From NCBI GenBank assembly GCA_028534125.1, contig CM052816.1, positions 64,916,001 through 64,980,000 of the forward strand: a stretch of DNA of 64,000 bases, given 5' to 3'. This document shows positions 50,225 through 62,281 of the stretch, piece by piece (the stretch's first letter is position 1; every line of letters starts with the position of its first letter). The translations under genes and the position numbers were made by a program. The notes beneath the pieces were generated by a model. It had not been told where the DNA came from. It did no database searches and was given only the letters and a program-made list of their open reading frames with translations. This stretch comes from Lama glama. Taxonomy: Eukaryota.

Positions 50225-50960
50225 TTTCTTGCCAGTTTCTTTCATCATCTCCCGACCAGGTGGTTCTTGTGGTGTCTTATTGTTAATCCTGCCGTTGGTT
50301 TCACTTGCTTCTAATCTGTCAACAACAGAGTTGGCTGTTGTTCTAAAGCACAAATTGAATGATATTACTCTCCTGATTGTTGTATATAATTTCAGCCATT
50401 TTAAAAGACTGAAAATGGACATGTTACCTATAGCAGGATTTTAAACCTAGAGTCCAAGCAATTTCTGGGCTTCAGAATGTTTGCAGACACTGTACACATT
50501 ATTTTGGTGAATGTATTTTTTTTCCCCCTTCTTTTTCCTGAGAAGAGGTTTCATAGTTTCACTAGATTTTAAAGATCCATGACCCCAAAATTAGGCTACT
50601 AATGAAGGATGTTAGATTCTTCAGAATGATTCCTAAGGTGCAGGCTCTCGATGGGTGGACTGTGCTTACCTCCCTCATCACCCTTCTACAACCTTGCTAC
50701 TCCCCACACATCCTGAACTGCTTACAGTTTGCTAAACAGTCTGCTAATTCATGCCTCAGTGCCTTTATACATGCTGTTCCTTCTGCTGAAGTGCTCTCCC
50801 ACACACACCTCACCCATCTGGAAAATTGCTGCTTGTCTTTCAAGAAATGATCCAAAGGTCTTCTTCTCTGTGAAACCTTTCCTGACCTCCTTAAGCAGAA
50901 TTTATAATCCTCCCTTTTTAAACCATTGTACTTAGTCTATATTTTATTATTACTCTTGCA
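50225..50960 (+). mobile_element. L2 remnant with a probable internal DNA-transposon relic at about 50430-50600
   Basis: ttctaaagcacaaattgaatgatattactctcctg; tgcctcagtgcctttatacatgctgttccttctgc; cttctctgtgaaacctttcctgacc. Confidence 0.6.
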
Positions 50961-52249
50961 TTACCAGTGGATTCTTGAGCAAAAGTTAGAGAAATTTGGG
51001 GTACAAAGGAGAGTGGGAATGTGAATGAAAGGAAAGAGAATGGTGAGGGGGCTCTTGCAGTCTCTCATGAAGGTAATGGAGATGGAGGAACAGAGTGGAG
51101 ATTTATCTTGAAAGTAGAGTGGACAAGATTTGTTGATGAACTGTTGTAGGGGGGAAGAATGGGAACAATCTGGTGTGATCCCTAGGTTTCTGATTCAAAC
51201 ATCTGGGTGGATGGTGTGGTCATCGTTGTTCTCATTTAGCTTGCAGGCTTAGTAAGGTTTCATCCAGTGGAGAATTTCCAACAGTCCTTAGATACCAGTT
51301 TCCCTGACTTAATGCAAAAGCCTGCCACCATCTGGGGTTGGATGAATAGTACTCCCTCCTGAGACTGAGGTTGAGGGGGTGCCTGTAAAGTAGTGTGCAC
51401 GGTGGTGCAGGGGGAAGCCTTCATGGAGAAGATGTCTCTTGAAATGGATCTGGAATGAATAACAAACTAAATTTAAAATTATAGAGATGAAGTAAAGTTC
51501 ATGTCCACCACCTGCAGTTCATTTTGTGTTAATTTTCTGAGAAGCCCATAATTCCAGATAAAATGGGTATCTTCACAGTTATAAAAGCTTTGCTATTGGA
51601 GTAAAAACAATGTTCACTAATTAAGCTATAAGGTGGTTTGCAAATTCAAAAAAATGTTTGGTAGTTACCAACTGTGAACTTCTGGAGAGGTGAAATACAT
51701 TGGGCTGCCTTATTTTTATTTTTAAAGACTACATGGTGTTCTGTTGCTTTTATGTCATATTATTGACACAGTCAGTTCCCTCCTAGTGGACATTTAGATA
51801 GTTGTACTGTTTTCCTATTTCCAACAGTGCACACATATGCAAGTGTATCTGTAGGACAAAGTCTGAAGAGTAGAATTATTAGACAAAAACAAATGTGAAA
51901 TTTTTCACCATTAAAGTTGCACGGATTTACCCTTCCAGCAATGTCTGTGAGTCACTGCTCCTGCTACCAATCCAACAACCCAACAGAGTGCTCATCTGGT
52001 AGGAGAAAAATACTACCTCATTGTTGTTTTAATGTATAATCAGGCATCTTCCCCATGTTGACATTCCTATTTCCTTCTGTCACCATTAGCTGCTCTTCAG
52101 CCTCTGAAATTATGAGAAAGTGGTGACTGTCAGAAGGAAAATTTGCTCCTTTTTCCTAATGTCTCTCTGGGAACTGACTAGAGGCCTCGATTTCCAGTCT
52201 TGTGGAGACGGACACAGGTTACTCAGCTAATGGCCCCTGTGCCTTCCAC

Positions 52250-52520
52250 ACACCCGTATTTATGGAATGCGTGCTACATGCCGGATTCTGCCCCAGGCGC
52301 TGGGGGTGGGTCTAGTCAATGAACAAAATGGGCACAAAATCCTGTCCTTAGGGAGACTGCATTCCAAAGGGGAAAGCATGCTGTAAATCAATCAGGCAAA
52401 AATAACAAATGTCCGGTGGTGGTGACAATAGCATGAGGAAGAACAAGGCAGAGAAAGGATTTTGATGGTGTGGGTGAAGGAAGTGCTGTGTTACAGAAGG
52501 TTGACAGGAGAGGCATTTCC
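52250..52520 (-). mobile_element. L2 3' end
   Basis: gtatttatggaatgcgtgctacatgccgg...caatgaacaaaatgggcacaaaatcctgtcctt. Confidence 0.7.
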
Positions 52521-53424
52521 AAGCACTTCTCTCAGCTTCTTCTCATCTGTGTGCTCTGATTGTACTCCCCTCCCTTGTTTCAATCTTATTATTTCCTTCA
52601 AGTGTGAATTCTCTGATTCAGAATATGGATAGAGCTTTGTTTAATGACCTTCCTACAGTGATTGCAGTAAAATGCCTGCTTCAGCGTGAGTTCTCTGGTA
52701 TATTGGAACAAATGAATCCTATCTAAAGGCCTTTCAAAATGTGTCACCTTTATTGGGTGACAAGGAGCACAAGCATCTGATACAGAAAAGGTGTGGAATA
52801 TTCTAGCAGTTGAGGAGAACCATTGCACTCCATTCTCAGCTAGTGCCAGCTCTCACAAATGCCTGAAGTCAGTCACAAAAGAGTTAGCTTCTCAGTGGGA
52901 CTGGTTTATGGCTTTTGTTCTCATGACAAGGGCGTCTTTATTTGGAAAAATTGTCCTAATAAGGGAAAGTGGAAATGAAAATTTATCATAGCTTCCATGC
53001 CTCCTGGACATAAAATGTCTGTAACAGGATTGGTCAGGAAACAAAAGTTTTTATTAGTTTGCTTATCTGGTTGCTTATGAGCTGGAAAGAAATGCTCTAA
53101 GATTTCTATCAAGGAAGCAGTGGTAACTGAATTTCTATAATGGATAGTAAAGATATGAAGAATATCCTCAATTTACATATTCTCTCTGAATTTACGCTAA
53201 AAGAAAAGGTATTAATATAAATGTAAATTAACATAAAGAAAAACCCAAGTGTATAAGAGTGTTTAAGATCTCTGTGCACATTACACTGGAAAAGGCTACC
53301 ATGGGTTTTTGGCAAAAGTGAGAAAAATTGGGGATACAAAGTTAGGAGAGTCTACCCGCCACCAATTTTCAGTGAAATCACAAACTAGCTGCTTAGTCTT
53401 CCTTGTGGTCTGGAGTCCATGTAA

Positions 53425-53850
53425 AATAATAATAATATTCCTTCTTTATTAAATACCATATGTATATAAGGACTGAGCTAAGCACATTATACATTATGTA
53501 ATTCATTCTCATGTTAGTCCTGAAAGGCTTATAGATGAAGAAACTTAGAAAGACAGGTTAAGTGACCTGCCAAAAGCAGTTAATAAATATTAGAATTGGG
53601 ATTTGAGCCTCATTTGTCTGATTGCAAAGCTTGTGCTCAGCCAGTGTTTACTTAGCACTTCCGAAGGGCCAAACAGCAGTTGAAGTTCACATATGTTCAG
53701 TCGTTACAGCAACCAAAGTAGGTATTCTGTTGAAGATGAAGAAATGAGGAGTGAAGAGGTAAAGTGGTTGTGCTGAGGTATCACATCTTAGAGTGGTCAA
53801 GGCAGAATGTGATTCAAGACCTCTGTCTCAAACCCCAGTGATGTTTTCTC
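53425..53850 (-). mobile_element. Two adjacent MIR SINEs
   Basis: tatagatgaagaaacttag...ttaagtgacctgccaaaag and gaagatgaagaaatgagg...ggcagaatgtgattcaagacc. Confidence 0.65.
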
Positions 53851-55270
53851 TTTCTCTCTGTCCCCTCCCCCTGTTCCCTCTCTCTTTACTATATCATAGC
53901 CTATTCTCTGTCTGCATGGTGATCACGATATTCTTCCAGTTGCCTCCTTCTTTGAGATAAAGTGATAATTAGCACAGACTCTTGGGAGAAAGGTGTCAGA
54001 TATCTGCACCTTTAAACCCTGTGCTTTTCCCATCACTTAGCCGATTACCTTATTAAATCTAATTTGGTACTTCTGGAAACAGCGTGGGTTCAGTGTGCTT
54101 CAGTGAACTAAATGGCATCCTGGTGGCCCAAAAAGACACATACTGCTTTGACACATGTATGACTAATGGTTGCCACCTGCAAGTAGCTTAGGCAGTGGGC
54201 AATCAGACTTCAATTCTGAAGGGCTTGGAATGGGTGAATATATTCTGATTTCCTTTTTTCCGCTCTCTTTCTTGAGATATAATTGATAAATAGAGTAAAA
54301 TATATTTAAAGTTTTTAAAATGATGATTTGATAAACATTCTGAAGGCATTCTCCCCCATTTATTATTGACACAACCATCACCTTACATCTTTACCTTTTT
54401 TCTTTTCTTCTTCCTCTTCTTTTTTTCTTTTTTAGTGAGAATGTTTGTTCTATTCTCTTAGCAAATTTCAATTATATGATACCATGTTGTAAACTATAGT
54501 CATCATGCTAAACATTAAACTCTTGGACCCTGTTCATCTTATAGCTTTTACCAACCTCTTAGTATTTCCCCCAACTGTAGTCCTTGGAAACCAATTTTAT
54601 ACTTTGGTTCTCCGAGTTCAACTTTTTGAAAAAAAGATTCCATTATAAATGACACCATGCAGTATTTGTCTTTCTCTGTCTGGCTTATTTTACTTAGCAT
54701 AATATTCTCCAGTTTTATCCATGTTGTTGCAAATGACAAGATTACCTTCTTTTTAAAAAATTTCTTCTTGTTTAAGGCTGAAGAATATTCCATTGTATAT
54801 ATATGTCACATTTTCTTTATCCATTCATCTGTTGACAGATAATTAGGTTGGTTTCATACCTGGGCTATTCTGAGTAATGCTGCTATGAACATGAGAGTAT
54901 AGATGTTTCTTTGAGATAATGATTTCATTTCCTTTGGATATATACCCAGAAGTGGGATTGCCAGATCATGTCATAGTTCTATTTTTAATTTCTTGAGGAA
55001 CCTCCATACTGCTTTCAGCAGTGGCTATACCAGTGTACATTCCCAACAACAGTGTGCAAGTGTTTCCTCTTCTCCACATCCTGCCAACATTTATTATCTC
55101 TTGTCTTTTTGATAATAGACTTTCCAACAGATGTGAGATGTTGTCTCATTTTGGTTTTAATTTACATTTTCCTGATGATAAGTGATATTGAAACCTTTTC
55201 ATGTACCTGTTGGCCATCTGTATGTCTTCTTTGGAAAGATGTATATTTAGGTCCTTTGCTTATTTTAATT

Positions 55271-56270
55271 CTTTTAAATTTATTTTTTACTGAACGAAAG
55301 ATTCTTTAAGTTCTATAGTGCTTTACAATTTTCAAAAACTTCACCCACATGATTTCATATAATCCCACAATAACTCTTTTTAAAAAATTCCCTTTTCTTA
55401 TATTGCCCCTTCTCCTTTTCCTTTCCCCACTGGTAACCAGTTTGTTCTCTATATCTGTGTCTACTTCTTTTATTGTTTTATTCACTAGTTTGTTGTATTT
55501 TTTAGTTTCCACGTTGTCTTTCTCTGTTTGACTTATTTCACTTAGTGTAATGCCCTCCAAGTCCATCCATGTTGCTACAAATGGTATGATTTTGTTCTTT
55601 TTTATGGCTGAGTAGTATTCCATTATATATATATATAATACACACACACACACACACACAGACACATCCCCTGCCATGTCTTCTTTACCCATTCATGTAT
55701 TGATGAGCATTAGGTTTCTTTCATACCTTGGCAATTATAAATAATGCTAACTCCTAGTATGAACATTGGGGTGCATGTATCTTTTTGAATTAGTGTTTTT
55801 CTTTTTTCAGATATATACCCACAAGTGGAATTGCTGGGTCATATCGTAGTTCTATTTTTAGTTTTTTGAGATGCCTCCATACTGTTTTCCACAGTGGCTG
55901 TACCAATTTATATTCCCACCAACAATATATAAGGTTCCCTTTTGTCCACATCCTTGCCAACATTTGTTATTTGTGTTGTTTTTGATGACAGACATTCTGA
56001 CAGATGTGAGGTAATACCTCACTGTGGTTTTGGTGTACCTTTCCCAATGATTATCAGCATCTTTTCATGTGCCTATTGGCCATCTGCATGTCTTCTTTGG
56101 AAAAGTGTCTGTTCAGTTCTTCTGCCCATTTTTAAATCAGGTTGTTTGTTTTTTTGATGTTGAATTGTATGAACTGTTTATAAATGTTGGGTATTAACCC
56201 CTTATCAGTCACATTATTTGCAAATATCTTCTCCCATTCAGTAGGTAGTCTTTTCATTTTGTTGATGATA
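55271..56270 (-). mobile_element. Younger 5'-truncated L1 nested in the long L1
   Basis: Distinct 3'UTR plus a second ORF2 C-terminus (MEYYSAIKKNKIIPFVATWMDLEGITLSEISQTEKD); near-TSD cctttgcttattttaatt (55253-55270) / cctttgctcatttttaatt (56271-56289). Confidence 0.88.
55624..55660. repeat. (TA)n(CA)10 compound microsatellite
   Basis: Read directly. Confidence 0.9.
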
Positions 56271-58452
56271 CCTTTGCTCATTTTTAATTTGGGTTGTTTC
56301 TTGCTGTTGAATTGTAGGAGTTACTTGTATGTTTTGAATATTAACCCTTTATTGGATATGTAGTTTGTGAATATTTTCTCCCACTCCTTTTCATTTTGTT
56401 GAAGGTTTACCTTTGCTGTGAAGGAGATTTTCAGTTTGATGTAGTAACACTTGTTTATTTGTGCTTTGTTACCTTTGCTTTTGATATCAAATTAAAAATA
56501 ATTATCACTAAGACCAACATCAGGAGCTTACCTCCCTGATAACACCTGTTTTCTTTTAGGTGTTTTATGCTTTCAGGTCTTATGTTCAGGTCTTTAATCT
56601 ATGTTGGGTTGATTTTTGTGTATTGTGTAAGATAGGGGTCCAGTTTCATTCTTTTGCATGTTGTTGTACAGTCTTCTCAATGCCGTTTATGAAAGAGACT
56701 ATTCTTTGCCCCTTGTACATTTTTGGCTCCTTTGTTGAAAATTAATTGACCATATATGTATGAGTTTATTTCTGGGCTCTCAATTCTGTTCCCTTCTTCT
56801 GTGTGTCTGTTTTTATGCCAGTATCAAACTGCTTTAATTAGTATAGTTTTGTAATATAATTTGGAATCAGGAAGTATGATGCCTCCAGCTTTATTCTTTC
56901 TTAGGATTGCTGTGGCTATTAATGGTCTTTTATGGTTTCATACAAATTTTAGCATTGATTTTTCTATTTCTGTGAAAAATTTTGATAGGAATTTTTGATA
57001 GGGATTGCAATAAATCTGTAGATTGCTTTGGTTAGTGTGGATGTTTTAACAACATTAATTCTTCCAATCGATGAACATGGAATATCTTTCCATTTATATG
57101 TGTTCTCTTCAATTTCCTTTAATAATGTCTTATAGTTTTCAGTGTATAAAGCTTTCACTTCCTTGGTTAAATTTATTCCTAAGTATTTTATTTTTTTGTG
57201 CTATTGTAAATGAAATTGTTTTCTTAATTTATCTTTTTGACAGTTAGTTGGTTGTAGAAACACAAGTGATTTTTCTATGTTGATTTTGTATCCTGAAACT
57301 TTACTGAAATTGGTTATTAGTTCGAACAGTTTTTTGGTGGAGTCTTTATGGGTTTTTCTATATATAACACCATGTTTCTTCAAATAAAGACAGTTTTATG
57401 TCTTCTTTTCTGATTTGGATGCTTTTTACTTCTTTTTCTTGCCTAATTGCTCTGACGAGGACTTCCAGTACTATGTGGAAGAAGAATGGTAAGAGTGGAC
57501 ATACTTGTTTTGCCCTGATCTTACAAGAAAAGCTTTCAGTGTTTCACCATTGAGTATAATATTAATTGTGGGCTTGTCACATATGGCTTTCATTATGTTG
57601 AAGCACATTCATGTATATGCAGTTTGCTGAGAGTTTTTATCATATAAAGATGTTGAATTTTGCAAATGCTTTTTCTGTATCTACTGATGATCATATTATT
57701 TTTCACGTTGATTGGTTTGCTGATGTTGAACCATTCTTTCATCCCTGGAATATTTCCCACTTGATCAGAGTGTATGATACTTTTAATGTATTGTTAAACT
57801 TGGTTCTCTAATTAATATTTCTTGTGTGTGTGTATTTTTGTATCTATGTTCCTCAAGGATATTGACCTACAATTTTCTTTTCTTGTAACATCCCTGTCTG
57901 ATTTTGGTATCAGAATAACGCTGGCTGTGTAAAATGCATTTGGAAGTGTCCTTTTATTTTCTATTTTTTAGAAGACTTTTAGAAGGATTGGTACTTCTTT
58001 AAATGTTTGATAGAATTTACCAGTGAAGCCATCTGGTCCTGGACTTTTGTTGTGAGGTTTTTAAATTACTGATTCAATCTCCTTACTAGTAATCAGTCTG
58101 TTCGGATTTTCTGTTTCATCACTATTCAGTCTTAGTAGTTTGTATATGTCCAAAAATTTATCCATTTCTTCTAGGTCATCCAATTTGTTAGCATAAAATA
58201 GTTCATAGTAGTCTCTTATGATCTTTTGTATTTCTGTGATATCAGTTATAATATCTCCTTTTTAATTTCTGATTTTATTTAAGTCCTTTTTTTTAAACTT
58301 GGAGAGTCTAGCTAAGAATTTGTCAATTTTGTTTCTCTTTTCAAAGAATCAGCTCTTAAGTTTTTTTGATCTTTTCTATTGTCTTTTTAGTTTCTATTTT
58401 ATTTACTTCTAGTCTGATATTTGTTATTTCCTTCCTTCTGCTATCTTTGCGT

Positions 58453-58941
58453 TTATTTTCTTTTTCTTTTTTTCACTCCTTGAAGTATAAAGTTGTGTTG
58501 TTTATTTGAGCCCTTTTCTTCCCCATAAATGTAGGCATTTATCACTATAAACTTCCCCTTAGAAGTGCTTTTGCTGCATCCCCTAAGTTTTGGTATGTCG
58601 TGTTTCCATTCATTTTGAGATATTTTTTGGCTTCTTTCTGGATTTCTTCTTTGCTCCATTGGTGGTTCTTGAGCATGTTGTTTAATTGCTGTATTTTTGA
58701 ATTTTCCAATTTTCTTCTTGTAATTGATTTCTGTTTTCATACCATTGTGGTAGGAAAAGATGTTAGATATAATTTCAATCTTCCAAAATTTATTAAAATT
58801 TATTTTGCATCCTAACATATTATTTATCCTGGAGAATATTCCATGTGCACTTAAGAAGACTATGTACTCTGCTCCTGTTGGATGGAATGCTGTGTATATG
58901 TCTGTTTGGTCTATCTGATCTACTATGTGGTTTAAGTCCAA
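58453..58941 (-). pseudogene. L1 ORF2 endonuclease-domain remnant
   Basis: ORF-track translation resembles the L1 APE endonuclease, then frameshifts. Confidence 0.85.
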
Positions 58942-59135
58942 TTTAAGTCCATTGTTTTCTTAGTGATTTTCTATCTGGATGATCTATCTATTGTTGAAGG
59001 TGGGATATTGAAGTCCTCTGAATTAATGTCTATTTCTCCCTTTAAGTCTGCTAATGTTTGCTTTATATATTTAGGTGTCCCTGTGTTGGGTGTATAAATA
59101 TTTATAGTTGTTATATTCTCCTAATAAATTGACCC

Positions 59136-59170
<35 letters not shown>

Positions 59171-59171
59171 G

Positions 59172-59208
<37 letters not shown>
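59136..59208. repeat. (GT)n-(AC)n inverted microsatellite
   Basis: GT run 59136-59169, spacer agat, AC run 59174-59208. Confidence 0.95.
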
Positions 59209-59211
<3 letters not shown>

Positions 59212-60956
59212 TCTTTGTCTTCTGTTACAGCCTTTGACTTAACGTCTGTTTTGTTTGACGTAAATATAGCTATCCCTGTTTTCTTTTGGGTTTCATTTGG
59301 CTTGGAATATCCTTTTCCATCCCTTTGCTTTCAGTCTATGTGTGTCCTTAAATCTGAGATGAATCTTTAGTAGGCAGCATATTGTTGAGTCTTTTTTTTC
59401 CTTTTTATCCATTCAGGCATTCTGTATCTTTTGATGAGAAAATTTCATCCATTTGTTTTTAAAGTAATTATTGATAGCTATGGACTTGCTGTTGCCATTC
59501 TGTTTATTGTTTTCTGGGTGTTTTGTAATTCTTTTGTTTGTTTCTTTTTCTCTTGCTTTCTTTGTGATTTGGTGATTTTCTGTAGTGGTATGCTTAGAAT
59601 TCTTTCTCTTTCTCTTTCTCTTTCGTATATCTACTACGGGCTTTTGCTTTGTGGTTACATGTGGCTTACATAAAATATATTTATAATAGTCTGTTTGTAG
59701 CTGATAATAACTTAACCTTGAATGAAGACCAAAGGTCTTCTACCCCCACGTTTTATGGTTTTTTTCTGTCATAGTTTGCATCTTTTTACATTGTGTACCC
59801 TTTTACAAGTTATTGTAACTATAGTTTTTTATACTTTTCTCTTTTAACATTCATACCGGAACTCCCTTTAACATTTCTTATAAGGCTGAACTAGTAGTAA
59901 TGAACTCCTTCATCTTTATCTGGAAAACTCTTTCTCACCTTCAACTCTGAAAGACAACTTTATTGGGCAAAGTATTTTTGATGAGCAGTTTTTTTCTTTC
60001 AGCATTTTGAATATGTCATGCCACTCCCTTCTGGCCTGCAGGGTGTCTGCTGAAAATATCTGTTCAAAGTCTTATGGGAGTTCCTTTGTATGTATTAACT
60101 TGGTTTTCTCTTGTTGATTTAAAAATTCTCTCCTTATCTCTAACTTTATGCAAATTAATTATAATGTGTTTCAGCTTCAGTCTCTTTGGATTCATCCTAT
60201 TTGAAATTTTCTGGGCTCTTGAACCCAGATGTTAGGTTCTTTCTCCAGGTTAGGGAAACTTTCATTTATCATGTCTTTGGACAAGCTTTCTACACCTTTC
60301 CCTTTGTCTTGTCTTTCTCGGAGCCCTATAATGCATACATTGGTCCACAAGGCTCTAAGCTATCATCACTCCTTTTCATTCTTTTTTCTAAAAAGCCTCT
60401 ATAATTAGATGAATTCTACTTCTTTGTCTTTGAGTTCACTGATCCTTTCTTTAGCTTCATCTAGTCTGTTGTTGAACTGAACTATTGAATTTTTTAGGTC
60501 AGTTGGAATTTACTATTATTTTCTATCTCCTTGTCAAAATTCTCACTTCTTTCATGCATTGTTCTCCTGACTTTGGTGAGTTTAGTCTTTATGATCATTA
60601 TTTTGAACTCTCTATCAGATAAAACAGATATCCTGTTTCATTAAAATTTGTTTCTGAATATTTATCTTGTTCCTTTGTTTGCCACATATTCCTCTGTTTC
60701 TTCATTTTCCTGGACTTTTTGTGTTGGTTTTTGCACATTAGATAAAGCAGTCATCTCTCCCAGTTTGAACACAATGGCCTTGAATAGAGGATGAACCTTG
60801 TCGGTCAGCCCAGCCTGAGATCCTAGTTGTCTCTCAAACTTTTGTGATTGTCCAAGCCTCCTTCTTTGTTTTTAGTGGCTTCTAGTCATTGAAGATGTAC
60901 TGAGATCTGTCAGTGTCCCAGTGGGGAGGCTTTTGGTCAGCAACTAGGTATAGGCT

Positions 60957-62050
60957 GATTAGATGCTGGACCCTCAGGCAGGAGCTGGGGAAGCATATAG
61001 TTAATCTCCTCCCAGGGAGAAATTGGGAGATGGGCATTTTTGCCTACTTCCTCTGTTCTGGGCCTGAGTGTGTAGCTGTGGGGGTGGAGGATAACTCCTG
61101 TGCCTGTTAAAAACTCTTTCTTTGTTTGCTGTGGTCCTATAGAACTTGTGAATGCAAGCCCTGTTGGCTATTAGAGCCAGGCAACCCAAGAGCCATTCCT
61201 TGAGTAGTTGTTGCAAATGCTGGTGTGCCAGACGTGTTTATAAGCTCCTTCCAGGGAGATACTGGTGATTTATTCTTATTACTGGAGCATGGTGAAAGGA
61301 CAGGGTGTGAGAGGTGTCCATCAGATTCTCTGGGCTCTGAGGAAGATTGCAACCAATCCCTAGATACTGTAAATTAGAAGGCTGGCCCTTATGCAGCAGC
61401 TTTTAAAGTATGTGTATAAGCCCCTTTTAGGGAAAGATTAGGAGACAGGCAATTTTGCCTGCTCCCTTTTTGCTGAGCCCTGGGGGGATAGTCAGTTAAT
61501 AATTGCTTCATTGTTTGCTGCAGTTTTGTGGAACTGGTGAATGGAAACCTCTTTGCTATCAGAGCCCAGAAATCTGGGTCCTGTCTCTCAGGTGGCAGTT
61601 GTAAAAGTTGGGGCACAGACATGTGTACAAGCTCCTTCTAGAGAGATACTGCCAATTCAGAGGGAGCTGGAGGGGGAAGGTGGAATGGTGTCCGTTGACT
61701 TCCCTAGTTTCTGGGGAGGATCACAGCTAGCTGCTAGTTCCTGCTGAATTAGAAGCCTAGCCCACAGGCAGCAACTTTTAAAGTATGCAGATAAACCTCT
61801 CAGGGAAAGACTGGGAGATGGGAGATTTTGCCTGCTTCCTCTGCACTGAGCCCTGGGGGGATAGCCATGCTATGTACCAGTTAAGAATTTCTTCTTTGTT
61901 TGCTATAGTCTTGTGAATCTCATGGGCAGAATCCCCATTGGCTTTCAGAGCTGGGTATTCTAGGAACCCCTCCGTCTGATGAGTATCTTGAAAACTAGGG
62001 TACTAGATGTGGGGTCCAAACCACTCCTCAGGGAGAAGCTAGGAGTTAGG
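60957..62050 (-). repeat. Three diverged tandem monomers (~375-415 bp) in the L1 5'UTR
   Basis: Units start near 60957, 61371 and 61747 (attaga.gc..g.ccc...gcag); each carries gggaaa...ggagatggg..tttgcct.cttcc. Confidence 0.8.
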
Positions 62051-62270
62051 GATTTTCTCCCAATTGTACAATGTTGTGTCAAGGGAGTTCACGGTGAGAG
62101 CACATCTCAGCCTTCCCTACTGATTTTGATGTGGGCATTTTCTCATTCCTCTGATGTGTAGGAGTTACTCAGCTAGTTTCTAGAGTTCTTTTCAAGGGAA
62201 TTTCTCCAGGTATAGCTATAGATTCAGGGTATCTGTGGGAAGAGGGGCGCTCAGGGGCCTTCTTCAATGT

Positions 62271-62281
62271 CGCCATCTTGG
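62271..62281 (-). promoter_or_regulatory. YY1-type motif at the L1 5' end
   Basis: Plus strand cgccatcttgg = minus strand ccaagatggcg, the known L1 5' YY1 site. Confidence 0.7.

Noticed and set aside
60957..62050. CRISPR-like or novel repeat array
   Set aside because: The units are long, diverged and contiguous, lack a repeat-spacer structure, and lie in an L1 5'UTR in mammalian DNA.
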